A DNA stretch of 64,000 nt from Peptococcaceae bacterium (GTDB lineage: Bacteria > Bacillota > Desulfotomaculia > Desulfotomaculales > Pelotomaculaceae): NCBI GenBank assembly GCA_012518875.1, contig JAAYRI010000069.1:5511-69510 (forward strand), in the 5' to 3' direction. The notes under the pieces were generated by a model that did no database searches, was not told the origin of the DNA, and saw only the letters and a list, made by a program, of their open reading frames with translations. A program made the translations under genes and the position numbers. Positions 1-10,583 of the stretch are shown here, one piece after another. The first letter of the stretch is position 1. The number at the start of each line of letters is the position of its first letter.

Positions 1-1331
1 CTGTAAGAGTTCAAGATACAGCGTATACCGCTGATCAGCAGCCAGACAAAGGCTGCCAGGCCGACAATACCTGCCTCGGCGGCTGTTTTCAGATAAAAGT
101 TATCTACATAATTGCTGCTGGGGACATAACGAGCGGCCACTGCTCCCCCGTACCGGCCGAACCCTTCACCAAACAGCGGGTTACTCTGCAATTTCTCTAT
201 TGCCTTGCCCCAGCGGGCTACCCGGCCGGCTCGCGCACTACTCAGCAGGTAGGCCGGGGAAAGCATATAGCTGATGCGGGAGGATATACCCGGCAAAAGC
301 TTTGGTGCCGTGTAGATAATCGCTCCCAGTCCTAATAAAATGCGCCAGTTGTAGATCAGGCCGTAGATCAGGAAAGCACCGGCCATGGCCAGCCAGGCCC
401 CCCGGGAATAGGTGAAAACCAGGCTCAAGGCCATCGGTACCAGGCAAGCGGCATAGTAATATCGTTGCAGCCTGGACCCGGCGGAAAGAAGCTGGCTGAA
501 GGTTATCGGTATTAGCAGTACCAGGAAGCTGCCCAGCACATTGGGGCTGGTGAGGATGGAAAACACCCTGGTTCTTACGCTTTCCTCTGCTGCATCCATC
601 CAGGTGGAGGGGATTTCTACCCCAATAATATACTGATATACACCGTGGAGAGCGATCAGCGTGCCCAGGAAAACCAGGAAGTTAACTAGTTGCCGTGCCT
701 GCTGCTTATTCAACAGCAGGTTGCCGGCTACAAAAAACCAGAGCATATACTGTACATACACCCGAACCCCTTCTATGGCGACACCCATTTGAGGTGAACG
801 GACGAAAAAAAGAAAGGCCACCACTGCTATGAAAAATAGTATGGGCATATCCATTGGGGTCAGGCGGTAGAAGAGCTTGCCCCGCAAGGCCATCTGGATC
901 GGCCAGGCCAGTACAATTAAGATAAACAAGATTTCATCCCAGTAGCCGGCCAGCAACATAAACCTGGAATTGCGCAGCAGGAAGTCCACAACAGGGTAGC
1001 CAATCACCAGCAACAGCACTGTTTCCACCCTGATCTGGGCGATACTAGTTAGAATAAAGCTTTTCTTCCAGAAAGGTCTTGTGCTCAGGTTAACTAAAAA
1101 GCTGCCCGGTAGACCACGCCTTATGGCTGTACCCGCCAATAGTAGCGGTCGCAGTAGCAGGCAGGCCAGGATAGTCAGCATCCGGGCAAACAATGAACTG
1201 CGGATGACCCGGCTGCGCTCCGGCCAGGTGGTGTCAGTAAGCCAGCCACAGCAGGTGCTTTGCCGGAAGGTCCCGGCCAGACCGGCTACCAGGCGGAACA
1301 GCAGGCTTCCTTGCCATGCCGGTGAAGTCAT
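1..1331 (-). CDS. O-antigen ligase (WaaL/Wzy_C)-like polytopic membrane protein; 3' end lies outside the window
   Basis: Not in the ORF track because it has no stop in the window. Read by hand from ATG 1331 (SD GGGGGA): MTSPAWQGSLLFRLV..., many hydrophobic segments, RVFSILTSPNVLGSFL, LVFTYSRGAW and RVARWGKA...PLFGEGFGRYG motifs typical of the family. Confidence 0.75.
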   Translation of the reverse strand, partial: MTSPAWQGSLLFRLVAGLAGTFRQSTCCGWLTDTTWPERSRVIRSSLFARMLTILACLLLRPLLLAGTAIRRGLPGSFLVNLSTRPFWKKSFILTSIAQIRVETVLLLVIGYPVVDFLLRNSRFMLLAGYWDEILFILIVLAWPIQMALRGKLFYRLTPMDMPILFFIAVVAFLFFVRSPQMGVAIEGVRVYVQYMLWFFVAGNLLLNKQQARQLVNFLVFLGTLIALHGVYQYIIGVEIPSTWMDAAEESVRTRVFSILTSPNVLGSFLVLLIPITFSQLLSAGSRLQRYYYAACLVPMALSLVFTYSRGAWLAMAGAFLIYGLIYNWRILLGLGAIIYTAPKLLPGISSRISYMLSPAYLLSSARAGRVARWGKAIEKLQSNPLFGEGFGRYGGAVAARYVPSSNYVDNFYLKTAAEAGIVGLAAFVWLLISGIRCILNSY

Positions 1332-1519
1332 AAATAGTTCCCCCATGTTAGTTAATGAATATATTATAAAGCAAAGCAGGGGGGAAATCCATGAGATCAT
1401 CGTGGGGGGGCCGGCAAAGAAATGCCACAGGGAGCCGGCGGGCCGTTTGACAGGAGAATCTTCTTGTGGAATGAATAGTAAATTGATAAAATGAAAAAGC
1501 AAGGCGGGAGGGCGCATTT

Positions 1520-2653
1520 GTGAAATCCTTGAAGGTGCTGCATATTATTGGCGGCGGGGAATTCGGCGGAGCAGAAAAACATATTTTGAATCTGGCCGGG
1601 GTGCTTGACCAAAAGGCCGTAGACCTAACTGTCTGCTGCTTGTTTAGCGCACCCTTTGTGCAGATCGCCGCTAAGGCGGGGATTAACGCCCTGGCCGTAC
1701 CCATGCATAGCAAATTTGATTTTGCCGTGATGGGTAAATTGTCTGATCTCATTAAACATGGGGAGTATGATCTGGTTCATACCCACGGGGTGAGGGCTAA
1801 CCTGCTGGGCAGGCTGGCTGCCCGCCGGGCCGGCAAAAAAAAGGTAATCACCACTGTGCACAGTTTACTGGAGAAGGATTACCGGGAAATAGCGTCCCGT
1901 TATGCCAACACCCTGGCTGAAAAGGCTACACGGTTTCTCACGGATCATTTTATTGCTGTTTCCAAGGGGCTGAAGGACCGCCTGGTTGCCGGTGGTATCC
2001 CGGCCAATAGCATCACTGTAATCTATAATGGGATTTTGCTGGACGAGCTTAAGCCGGAGCAGGCCACAGTTGTTGCTCGCCGGGAAAAATTCGGCGGCAG
2101 GGAGACATCCCTGGTAGGCATTGTGGCCCGCCTCCATGTGGTTAAGGGGCATTGTTATTTTCTTGATGCTGCCCGGGAGGTATTGTTGCAGCGCCCGCAA
2201 ACCCGTTTTTTAATTGTGGGAGATGGGCCAAACCGGGGGGAATTGGAAAAATTGGCCGACAGCATGGGGATAAGCGATCGGGTCATTTTTACCGGTTTTG
2301 TGGAGGATGTCTATTCTCTAATGGCCGGGCTGGACCTACTGGTAATTTCCTCTCTATGGGAAGGTTTTGGGTTGACGGCCATAGAGGCGATGGTCCTGGG
2401 GACACCGGTGGTGGCCACTGAGGTTGGTGGCTTACCCGAGGTGGTTCAGCATGGGGAGACCGGCCTGTTGACACCACCGGCCAATGGCCCTTCCCTGGCC
2501 AAAAACATTATCTGGATGCTGGATCACCCCCAGGAAGCCAGGGAAATGGCAGGGAAAGGCGGGGATATTGTGCGGCGAGAATTCACCGCCGAGGAAATGG
2601 CCCGCCGGACAATAGACCTGTACCGAAAGGTGTTGGCAAAGGACAGTGTTTAA
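1520..2653 (+). CDS. Glycosyltransferase family 4 (GT-B)
   Basis: HIIGGGEFGGAEK N-terminus, HTHG, and the EGFGLTAIEAM (ExF-x7-E) motif. Confidence 0.9.
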   Translation: MKSLKVLHIIGGGEFGGAEKHILNLAGVLDQKAVDLTVCCLFSAPFVQIAAKAGINALAVPMHSKFDFAVMGKLSDLIKHGEYDLVHTHGVRANLLGRLAARRAGKKKVITTVHSLLEKDYREIASRYANTLAEKATRFLTDHFIAVSKGLKDRLVAGGIPANSITVIYNGILLDELKPEQATVVARREKFGGRETSLVGIVARLHVVKGHCYFLDAAREVLLQRPQTRFLIVGDGPNRGELEKLADSMGISDRVIFTGFVEDVYSLMAGLDLLVISSLWEGFGLTAIEAMVLGTPVVATEVGGLPEVVQHGETGLLTPPANGPSLAKNIIWMLDHPQEAREMAGKGGDIVRREFTAEEMARRTIDLYRKVLAKDSV

Positions 2654-3812
2654 AGGTGAGAATATTATCTGCCTGGCGGCTGCCACCTGGCAGGGCATGT
2701 GGGCTCGAGCGCAGCAGTTTATGACTATATTTGCCCGTTTGGGCAACCGCATATTATATGTTGACCCCCCCTTCACCCTTATTTCCCCCCTAAAAGACCC
2801 CGGCTTACGGGGTGCACCAAAAAACCTAAGGCAATGTGGCGGAGAAAATATTGATCTCTATAGCCCGCCGGTGATACTGCCCTTTGGCAATGTGTACAGG
2901 CTGATTAACCGCATCAACCAGCGGGTTATCAGCAATGGTTTGGAAAATATCTGCCGGGAGCTGTCGTTCAAGCCTACTATCTGCTGGACTTACCTGCCCA
3001 ACACGATAGACCTGCAACTGCCTGCCGGCATTACACTTGTTTATGACTGTGCAGATGAGCATACTGCCTTCCCTGGTTTGATTAACAAGGCTACTGTTTC
3101 CCAAATGGAAAAAGAGCTTTTCGCCCGGGCAGGTGTTTCACTGGCCAGCGCCCGGGAGCTCTGGGAGAGCAAAAAGGAGTTAGCGCCCCAGGTGACCCTG
3201 ATACCTAACGGTGCCGACGTGGAGCATTTTAACCAGGCTATGCAGCCTGGCTTGCCGGTGCCGCCGGAACTGCAAACCTTAGAGGGGCCGGTTGTTGGTT
3301 ATGTTGGGGCTATCAGTGCCTGGTTTGATCAGGAAATGTTGGCGGCTGCCGCACATGCCCATCCGGAATGGTCTTTTGTCCTGGTTGGTCCGGTGGACAC
3401 GGAGGTGTCTTTGCTGGATTCCCTGCCCAATGTGCGCTTAACCGGGCACAAGCCTTATTCGGTCCTCCCGGCCTATCTGAAAGGTTTTGATATTGCGGTG
3501 ATCCCTTTTAAAATCAATGCCCTGACCACAGGTGTGAACCCAGTAAAGCTATATGAGTATCTGGCCTCCGGTCGGCCCATTGTTTCCTCAGATTTGCCTG
3601 AGGTAAGGACATTCCGGCCCCAGGTAGCGATAGCTGGTAGTGGAACCGAGTTTGTGCGGAAACTAGAGCAGGAGTTGGCCACTGATTCACCGGAGAAAAG
3701 GGTGGAGCGGCTGGAGTTGGCAGGGAGGCATTCCTGGCAGTCCAGGGCGGAATCTGCAGCAGCGGCTGTAGAACGGTTTAGAGAAAAAAACACAAAGAAT
3801 AAAGGCTGGTGA
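2646..3812 (+). CDS. GT-B glycosyltransferase, TuaH-like
   Basis: WARAQQ, VYDCADEH, LIPNGAD and GVNPVKLYEYLASGRPIV motifs. Overlaps the stop of the upstream GT4. Confidence 0.82.
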   Translation: MFKGENIICLAAATWQGMWARAQQFMTIFARLGNRILYVDPPFTLISPLKDPGLRGAPKNLRQCGGENIDLYSPPVILPFGNVYRLINRINQRVISNGLENICRELSFKPTICWTYLPNTIDLQLPAGITLVYDCADEHTAFPGLINKATVSQMEKELFARAGVSLASARELWESKKELAPQVTLIPNGADVEHFNQAMQPGLPVPPELQTLEGPVVGYVGAISAWFDQEMLAAAAHAHPEWSFVLVGPVDTEVSLLDSLPNVRLTGHKPYSVLPAYLKGFDIAVIPFKINALTTGVNPVKLYEYLASGRPIVSSDLPEVRTFRPQVAIAGSGTEFVRKLEQELATDSPEKRVERLELAGRHSWQSRAESAAAAVERFREKNTKNKGW

Positions 3813-3829
3813 GACTGTACCAGCCTTTT
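3801..3829. terminator. Bidirectional intrinsic terminator
   Basis: AAAGGCTGGT-gagactgt-ACCAGCCTTTT between convergent genes. Confidence 0.7.
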
Positions 3830-3878
3830 GTATTTACAGCGATATTTTATTTTTAGTTAGTTCAAGGGTTAGCTCTTC

Positions 3879-4364
3879 CTATTCAATTATCTCCACGTTC
3901 ATGACCTGGCCCTTAAACTCATAGAGCAGGGACTTGACATAATACTCCTTATTGCTTCGGATGTCCTGCCCACCCAGATTGATGGTGCCGGATGAGATAG
4001 TCGTTGTCCCCTCCAGGGTAAAAATAACGTCCTTTAGGAAGGGATCTATGGCCTCTACCCGCTGTCCCTCGCTATTGGAGATAACCATATAGGCAGGCTT
4101 AATTTCAAAGTCTTTTATTTCCACATTGGTAAAATTGGATCCGGTAACCATCTTGTCCCCTACCTGGACATTGGTCAGCATTTCCGGCCGAATGGCCGGT
4201 GCCAGCACCGTAACGCGGACAGTTTTAGGCGTGTTTTGGGCATCATCTTTCCCTTTAATCTTATAGACTGCCGCCCCGAGCACCAGCAAAACTGCCACCA
4301 ATACCAGCAGGTCAACAGCATTGATTAGGCCGAAAAGTTTGCCTTTTTCATCAATAATTTTCAT
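3879..4364 (-). CDS. DUF4330-family membrane-anchored protein
   Basis: MKIIDEKGKLFGLINAVDLL N-terminus followed by one TM helix. SD AAGGAG supports ATG 4364. Confidence 0.8.
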   Translation of the reverse strand: MKIIDEKGKLFGLINAVDLLVLVAVLLVLGAAVYKIKGKDDAQNTPKTVRVTVLAPAIRPEMLTNVQVGDKMVTGSNFTNVEIKDFEIKPAYMVISNSEGQRVEAIDPFLKDVIFTLEGTTTISSGTINLGGQDIRSNKEYYVKSLLYEFKGQVMNVEIIE

Positions 4365-4537
4365 GGTATAGCTCCTTGTAAAATCTCCTCTTACAATATA
4401 AATCAATTTCTTGTATAGATCAACTTCAAAGATTTGTTTCCGTTATAAAAAGGGATGTTCATAAATACAGGTTTGTAATGGGGGTATTTAGGTTTATAAT
4501 GATACCTATGGGTTCTATTGAGCACCGGAGGTGAGAA

Positions 4538-4981
4538 TTGTTGTTAGATATAAATCAAATTCAGGAAATATTGCCCCACCGTTACCCCTTTTTGCTGGTA
4601 GATAGGATAACCTCAGTGGAGGTAGGAAAAAGGGTGGTGGGTATCAAAAATGTCAGTGTCAATGAGCCCTTTTTCCAGGGTCATTTTCCCGGACACCCGG
4701 TAATGCCCGGGGTGTTAATCCTGGAGGCCATGGCTCAAGTTGGTGCAGTTGCTATTTTGAAAATGCCTGAGTTTGCCGGCCAGATACCGTTGTTTGCCGG
4801 CATGGATAAAGTCCGGTTTAGGCGCCAGGTGGTTCCCGGTGATGTGCTAAGGATCGAGGTAGAAGTACAAAAACTGCGTGGGTCTTTTGGCAAGAGCAGG
4901 GCCGCAGCTTATGTAGATGAGCAAATGGCGGCCGAGGCGGTAATGATGTTTGGTCTAGCCAGGACTGGTGAAAACAGGTGA
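4538..4981 (+). CDS. fabZ: 3-hydroxyacyl-ACP dehydratase
   Basis: [11 protein letters not shown] and [23 protein letters not shown] signatures. Confidence 0.95.
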   Translation: MLLDINQIQEILPHRYPFLLVDRITSVEVGKRVVGIKNVSVNEPFFQGHFPGHPVMPGVLILEAMAQVGAVAILKMPEFAGQIPLFAGMDKVRFRRQVVPGDVLRIEVEVQKLRGSFGKSRAAAYVDEQMAAEAVMMFGLARTGENR

Positions 4982-5111
4982 TATAGGCAGTATTTTAAAA
5001 GAATTGGCTTCCAGCGCTTGTAAATTAAGGATTTTCAATATTGTCACATCCTGTCCTAATGGGATAAAATAAGTAGGATCAGTGTCTTTGTCCGATATTG
5101 GAGGGATATAT

Positions 5112-6194
5112 GTGCAGGTACCCATAATGGCGATTGTTGCAGCCTTCGGGCTGGCCCTATTGGTTACCCCATTAGTCAAGAAATGTGCCTTCAAAATTGG
5201 CGCGCTGGACCTTCCCGACCAGAGGAAAATACATAAACAGGCTATGCCGAGGCTTGGTGGTCTGGCTATATATTTTAGTTTTATCACAGTTGTGCTGCTG
5301 ACCATGGAGCTTACCCCACAGATATGGGCACTCCTACTGGGGGGCACCCTGATAATCGTGCTGGGATTTATTGATGATACCAGGGGACTGTCGCCGGGGT
5401 TGAAACTGGCTGGGCAAATAATGGCGGCAGCAGCAGTGATTCCCTTTGGCCTGGAGGTACAGTTTCTAACTAACCCGTTTTCTGATCAGTTAATAACCCT
5501 GGGTTTCCTGGCCGCTCCTGTCACAGTGATCTGGATAGTGTCAGTCACCAATGCAGTCAATCTCATTGATGGCCTGGATGGCCTGGCCGGGGGTACTACC
5601 TTTATCTCCGCCCTGACACTGGCGGCGGTAGTCTGGATTGAGACCACGACTGCAGGTGTTTTCCCTGGTCAGAGTGAAGCCTTTGTTTTGGCCCTGATCC
5701 TGGCCGGGGCCGTAATTGGATTTTTGCATTATAACTTTCACCCGGCTAAAATTTTTCTTGGTGATTCCGGGTCCATGTTTCTCGGTTTCAGTATGGCTAC
5801 CCTGGCTATTATGGGGGTCGCCAAGAGTGCTACATTTATTTCAGTGATTATCCCGATGGTTATTCTAGGCATTCCGCTTCTTGATACCATGTTTGCTATC
5901 GTCAGGCGGTACTGCGGCCGCAAGCCTATTTTTCAACCGGACAAGGAGCACCTGCATCATCGGCTGATCCAGATGGGGTTAAGCCACCGCCAGGCTGTCC
6001 TGTCCATTTATGGGGTTAACATTATCCTGGGTCTGAGTGCCATCGTCCTGACCCTGGTTTCACCCAAACAGGCGGTCATATTTCTGGTGATCCTTTCAAC
6101 ATCAATCTTACTGGCCGCAAACAAGATCGGGGTGGCCGGAGTGGGCAGACAGTCCCCTATTGTGCCACAAACCAATAAACAGCAGCGGTCCTAA
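5112..6194 (+). CDS. tagO: Undecaprenyl-phosphate GlcNAc-1-phosphate transferase (WecA/TagO, MraY family)
   Basis: GFIDD, NAVNLIDGLDGLA, FLGDSGS and PDKEHLHH motifs. GTG 5112 follows SD GAGGGA. Confidence 0.88.
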   Translation: MQVPIMAIVAAFGLALLVTPLVKKCAFKIGALDLPDQRKIHKQAMPRLGGLAIYFSFITVVLLTMELTPQIWALLLGGTLIIVLGFIDDTRGLSPGLKLAGQIMAAAAVIPFGLEVQFLTNPFSDQLITLGFLAAPVTVIWIVSVTNAVNLIDGLDGLAGGTTFISALTLAAVVWIETTTAGVFPGQSEAFVLALILAGAVIGFLHYNFHPAKIFLGDSGSMFLGFSMATLAIMGVAKSATFISVIIPMVILGIPLLDTMFAIVRRYCGRKPIFQPDKEHLHHRLIQMGLSHRQAVLSIYGVNIILGLSAIVLTLVSPKQAVIFLVILSTSILLAANKIGVAGVGRQSPIVPQTNKQQRS

Positions 6195-6212
6195 CCAAAG
6201 GGCCGCTGTTTT
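6182..6212 (+). terminator. Putative intrinsic terminator overlapping the tagO stop
   Basis: GCAGCGGTCC...GGGCCGCTGT followed by a short T run. Confidence 0.5.
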
Positions 6213-6261
6213 ACATCGTGGTTATTTTGTCGAACTAAATTAAAAAAGGAGGGATTTTTTT

Positions 6262-7140
6262 GTGAAAAGAATAAAAAAGGCGGTTATACCCGCTGCTGGT
6301 TTAGGAGTACGTTTTTTACCCGCCACCAAGGCGCAGCCCAAGGAGATGCTGCCAATTGTGGATAAGCCGGCGATCCAGTACATAGTTGAAGAAGTAATAG
6401 ACTCCGGTATTGACGAAATATTGATTATTACAGGCAGAAACAAACATTCTATAGAGGACCATTTTGATAAATCTCTGGAGTTGGAGGTGCGGCTCAAGGA
6501 AACAGGGAAAACCCCCCTGCTGGAAATGGTCCAAAGCATCAGCCGTCTTGCTCATGTTTGCTTTGTCAGGCAAAAAGAACCCCTGGGTCTCGGCCATGCC
6601 GTGCAGTGCGCCCGCAGATTTGTGGGCAATGAACCTTTCGCAGTGCTGTTGGGTGATGATATCGTAGTTAATGATAAACAACCTTGCCTGAAGCAGATGA
6701 TTGAGATGTATAATGAGGTACAGTCTACAGTGATTGCGGTCATGGAGGTGCCGGAGAAAGATGTGGCTAAATACGGCATACTGGATTCCACTATAGAACG
6801 ACCGGGTTTATTCCGGGTCCGCGATCTGGTGGAGAAGCCCGCACCGGAAAAGGCCCCTTCCCGACTGGCAATAATGGGCCGATATATAATTGAGCCCCGG
6901 ATTTTTTCCATACTGGCGGAGATCGGCCCGGGTGCAGGGGGGGAAATCCAGCTCACCGATGCTCTAAAGGTCTTGTGTGCGGAACAACCTGTTTTTGGGA
7001 TGACTTTTGAGGGTAAAAGATATGATGTTGGTGACAAACTGGGCTATTTGCAGGCCACTGTAGAATTTGCCCTGAAACGGCCGGATTTGCGGGAAGGTTT
7101 CCAGCGCTATCTCAAATCTATCAACGAGGGGCTTAGTTAA
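6262..7140 (+). CDS. galU: UTP-glucose-1-phosphate uridylyltransferase
   Basis: KAVIPAAGLGVRFLPATKAQPKEMLP, VEKP and GEIQLTDA motifs. Confidence 0.95.
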   Translation: MKRIKKAVIPAAGLGVRFLPATKAQPKEMLPIVDKPAIQYIVEEVIDSGIDEILIITGRNKHSIEDHFDKSLELEVRLKETGKTPLLEMVQSISRLAHVCFVRQKEPLGLGHAVQCARRFVGNEPFAVLLGDDIVVNDKQPCLKQMIEMYNEVQSTVIAVMEVPEKDVAKYGILDSTIERPGLFRVRDLVEKPAPEKAPSRLAIMGRYIIEPRIFSILAEIGPGAGGEIQLTDALKVLCAEQPVFGMTFEGKRYDVGDKLGYLQATVEFALKRPDLREGFQRYLKSINEGLS

Positions 7141-8066
7141 TGAGGGTATTGGTAACGGGGGGAGCTGGTTTTATCGGCTCACATATTGTTGATCTGCTTG
7201 TGGAAACAGGGCATCAGGTTGCGGTGGTAGACAATTTATCCACAGGACATTTTGAAAATATTAATCCCCGGATCAATTTTTACAAACAGGACATATGCGA
7301 CCGGGCTTTCACGGAAACGATTGCCCGGGAAAAGCCTGAGGCGGTAATACATCTTGCCGCCCAGGCAGATGTACAGTGTTCTATCAACAACCCCCTGGCC
7401 GATGCGTCAAATAACATCCTGGGGGCGATCAACCTCCTTCAGACCTGCACCAGCTACGGTGTGGGCAAAATTGTTTATGCTTCTACGGCAGCGGTTTATG
7501 GTAACCCCTCCCACCTGCCCCTGGATGAAGGGCATCTGGTAGAGCCACAGAATCCTTACGGCATTTCCAAATGTACGGTGGAACATTATCTACGAGTCTA
7601 TAAGGAAATTAGTAAGATTAATTATACGGTGCTGCGCTTTGCTAATGTTTATGGACCCCGTCAGGATTCTGCCGGGGAAGGCGGGGTTGTGGCCATATTT
7701 GCTGATAAAATCTTAAAGGGTGAAAGGCCCCATATTTTTGGCAACGGGGAACAGACCCGGGATTTCGTTTATGTAAAGGATGTGGCTTTTGCAGGCATAG
7801 CTGCGCTACACAGGGGAGATGGCGGGGTTTTCAATATCAGCACCGGTGAGGGCATATCCGTTAACCGTTTATTCCGGGAGCTGTTGGAAATCACCGGCAG
7901 TAGACTGGAGCCTGTATACAAGCTACCCCGTCCGGGGGATATTACCCACAGTTACCTGGCTAACAAAAGTGCTTGTACCAGGCTGGACTGGAGGCCCCGT
8001 TATAGTTTGGCAGGTGGTTTACGGGAAACGGTGGAGTTTTATCGCCAACGCCTGGTGGCCCGGTAG
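7140..8066 (+). CDS. NAD-dependent nucleotide-sugar epimerase/dehydratase (extended SDR)
   Basis: TGGAGFIG, YGISK (YxxxK), NVYGPRQ and TRDFVYV. Coupled to galU by TAATG. Confidence 0.88.
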   Translation: MRVLVTGGAGFIGSHIVDLLVETGHQVAVVDNLSTGHFENINPRINFYKQDICDRAFTETIAREKPEAVIHLAAQADVQCSINNPLADASNNILGAINLLQTCTSYGVGKIVYASTAAVYGNPSHLPLDEGHLVEPQNPYGISKCTVEHYLRVYKEISKINYTVLRFANVYGPRQDSAGEGGVVAIFADKILKGERPHIFGNGEQTRDFVYVKDVAFAGIAALHRGDGGVFNISTGEGISVNRLFRELLEITGSRLEPVYKLPRPGDITHSYLANKSACTRLDWRPRYSLAGGLRETVEFYRQRLVAR

Positions 8067-8109
8067 CAAAAAAATATAGAAGTCCAAATGTTTAACCGGG
8101 GGCTTGTAG

Positions 8110-8799
8110 ATGAGCAAAATATTCATACTAGTTTTGGTTCTACTATCCTTTCTAGTCGGCAACCCCTTTTTTGCCCTGGTGATCCTGCTGTTGGTGGTAT
8201 TTTTTGTGGATCGGCGTTTTGTTGGTATCCTGCCGGACATATTTGCCCCCTGGCGGCGGGGTAAAAGGGTTAGACAATTGAAACGAGATATCAAAATAAA
8301 TCCGGCCAATGCGGAGTTGTATCTGGAGTTGGGTGAATCATATTTCCGCAAGGGAAAATACCCGGAGGCCCTATCCTTTTTGGAACGTGCCTACGCCAAG
8401 ATGGAGGGGCACCCCTTTTTTCATTTCTACCTGGGTGCTGCATACTATGAGTGTGGCCGGGTTGATGAGGGCAGAGAAGAGCTGGAGAAAGCAATTAGCT
8501 TCAATCCCAAGGTTAGTATGGGTGAGCCTTATCTGTATCTGGTTAAAATCTACCTGGAAGCGGGGTTACCCGATGAGAGGGTTGAGGAAGCCTTCCGCCA
8601 GCTTTTGTTATATGGTTCTCCCCTGGTTTTTTACTGGGCCGGGCGGCAGCTTTTGCCAGGCTACGATCGAGAAAGGGCCCGTCGTCTCTTTCAAGAAACA
8701 ATAGCCAGCTATGATGCCTGCCGTGGATCCCTTCGCCGCAAGTATAGAAGATGGGCTGTTCTAGCCAGGATAAACCTTTCATCAATGAGGCATGAATAG
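8110..8799 (+). CDS. Membrane-anchored tetratricopeptide-repeat protein
   Basis: Two N-terminal hydrophobic helices, then TPR-like units (NPANAELYLELGESYFRKGKYPEA...). Confidence 0.75.
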   Translation: MSKIFILVLVLLSFLVGNPFFALVILLLVVFFVDRRFVGILPDIFAPWRRGKRVRQLKRDIKINPANAELYLELGESYFRKGKYPEALSFLERAYAKMEGHPFFHFYLGAAYYECGRVDEGREELEKAISFNPKVSMGEPYLYLVKIYLEAGLPDERVEEAFRQLLLYGSPLVFYWAGRQLLPGYDRERARRLFQETIASYDACRGSLRRKYRRWAVLARINLSSMRHE

Positions 8800-8830
8800 C
8801 CGGCCCGGCCGGGAATTGGGCCTGGGTGAG

Positions 8831-8959
8831 CTATGTACCCTTGTTGCCTGCCTTCCCATTTCTGTTGCTTACCTGTTTTTTAACCAAAGCAATATAGTTT
8901 TCAAATATTACCCTGCGCCGACTGAGTTTTTTTAGAGTTTCAACCTTGTGTTTGTCCAT
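8831..8959 (-). CDS. Small basic hypothetical protein (42 aa)
   Basis: MDKHKVETLKKLSRRRVIFENYIALVKKQ... preceded by a purine-rich SD (GAGGGGAAGGGGA). Fills the gap between two + genes. Confidence 0.5.
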   Translation of the reverse strand: MDKHKVETLKKLSRRRVIFENYIALVKKQVSNRNGKAGNKGT

Positions 8960-9076
8960 GGTTCCCCTTCCCCTCCCTTTTTCCCCTTCAGGCTGTATTA
9001 ACAGTAAACAACGCATAAATACCATCTCCACCGGCAAACTAATATCTATAGATTATACTGGGGGAGATGGTAAAAT

Positions 9077-10501
9077 ATGAATTTTATTTCGCGGGTGAAA
9101 CAGATATCCTTTGGTACGGATGGGTGGCGCGGTATCCTGGCGGAGGATTTTAACTTTGCCAATGTACGGCTGGTGGCCCGTTCGATAGGAATGTATATTC
9201 TTAAAAATGGCCTTGCTGCCCAGGGTGTTGTGGTTGGTTATGATAACCGTTTTTTTTCTGATCGTTTTGCGGCGGAAATAGCTGGAGTCCTGGCCGGACA
9301 GGGTATAGCGGTGCGGATTATGGAGGGTGCTACCCCGACCCCCGTAGTAGCATATGCCATAAAACATTATAATGCGGGTGGCGGAATTATGCTTACAGCC
9401 AGCCACAACCCGCCGGAGTATAACGGCATAAAATTTATCCCCGATTATGCCGGCCCAGCTCTGCCTCATATAACCGCGAAGATAGAGGATAATATCAAGG
9501 CGCTGGCCGATGCGCCGGAAAAAAACAGTGGGGATCGCCAAGCCCTGATAGAAAAGGTGAATCCTTATGCAGGTTATGCCCGCCATATTACTGCTCTGGT
9601 TGATGTGCCGGCTATCGAAAAGGCCGGCTTGAAGGTGATTGTTGATCCTATGCACGGGGCCGGGGTTGGTTATCTGGAGAACCTGCTGATGCATGGGGGG
9701 GCTACCGTTACGGCTATACATAATCACAGTGATCCTTTTTTCGGTGGTGGTCTGCCCGAACCTACCGACAAATCACTGGGGCAGTTAAAGGAAAAGGTTG
9801 TGAATTGCAGGGCTCACCTGGGATTGGCTCTGGATGGTGATGGCGATCGTTTTGGCCTCATTGACAGCAATGGTCAATTTATAACCCCTAACCAGTTTTT
9901 GCCCATTTTGCTCTTTCACCTGTACAGCAGGAGGGGTTTACGGGGACCAGTGGCGCGTACCGTGGCCACTACCCACCTGTTGGATCAAATAGCTGAGCAG
10001 TTCGACCAACAAACTATTGAAACACCGGTAGGCTTTAAATATATCTGTCAATGCCTGACTGAAAGAGGAGCTGTATTAGGGGGTGAGGAAAGTGGTGGGC
10101 TGTCAATGCAGGGGCATGTACCGGAAAAGGACGGTGTCCTGGCAGGTTTACTGGCAGCAGAAATTGTTGCCGTGCATAACCAAAGCCTTTCCTCATTAAT
10201 GGAACAGGTGGCCGAAAAATTTGGCAGTCTGTATAGCGAAAGGCTGGATGTGAACACCACCCCACAGGAAAAAGACAGGGTTTTAAGGCTGTTACAGAAT
10301 CTAAAACCGACAACACTAGGCAAGCGCAGGATAACAGGGGGTACCACTGTTGATGGGGTCAAGTTTTTGCTGGATGATGGGGCCTGGGTTTTGGTACGGG
10401 CTTCCGGCACAGAACCTCTGTTCAGAATCTATGTTGAGGCTGGGACCCCGGAAGATGTGAAAGAAATACAGGGAGACATGAAGGCTCTGTTGGCTATCTA
10501 G
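9077..10501 (+). CDS. Phosphoglucomutase/phosphomannomutase
   Basis: FGTDGWRG, TASHNP, DGDGDR, GEESG and RASGTEP motifs. Confidence 0.92.
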   Translation: MNFISRVKQISFGTDGWRGILAEDFNFANVRLVARSIGMYILKNGLAAQGVVVGYDNRFFSDRFAAEIAGVLAGQGIAVRIMEGATPTPVVAYAIKHYNAGGGIMLTASHNPPEYNGIKFIPDYAGPALPHITAKIEDNIKALADAPEKNSGDRQALIEKVNPYAGYARHITALVDVPAIEKAGLKVIVDPMHGAGVGYLENLLMHGGATVTAIHNHSDPFFGGGLPEPTDKSLGQLKEKVVNCRAHLGLALDGDGDRFGLIDSNGQFITPNQFLPILLFHLYSRRGLRGPVARTVATTHLLDQIAEQFDQQTIETPVGFKYICQCLTERGAVLGGEESGGLSMQGHVPEKDGVLAGLLAAEIVAVHNQSLSSLMEQVAEKFGSLYSERLDVNTTPQEKDRVLRLLQNLKPTTLGKRRITGGTTVDGVKFLLDDGAWVLVRASGTEPLFRIYVEAGTPEDVKEIQGDMKALLAI

Positions 10502-10583
10502 GTGGCGTTTAAAAACTAGAAAAATGATTTTAGGAGGAGGATTTGTATAGGTGGGGTAGAAATAAGATAATCGGTGTTGAAAT

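Noticed and set aside
1081-1494. 137-aa + strand ORF and other short ORFs at the window start
   Set aside because: They overlap the O-antigen-ligase-like gene, which the ORF track omitted because it lacks a stop in the window.
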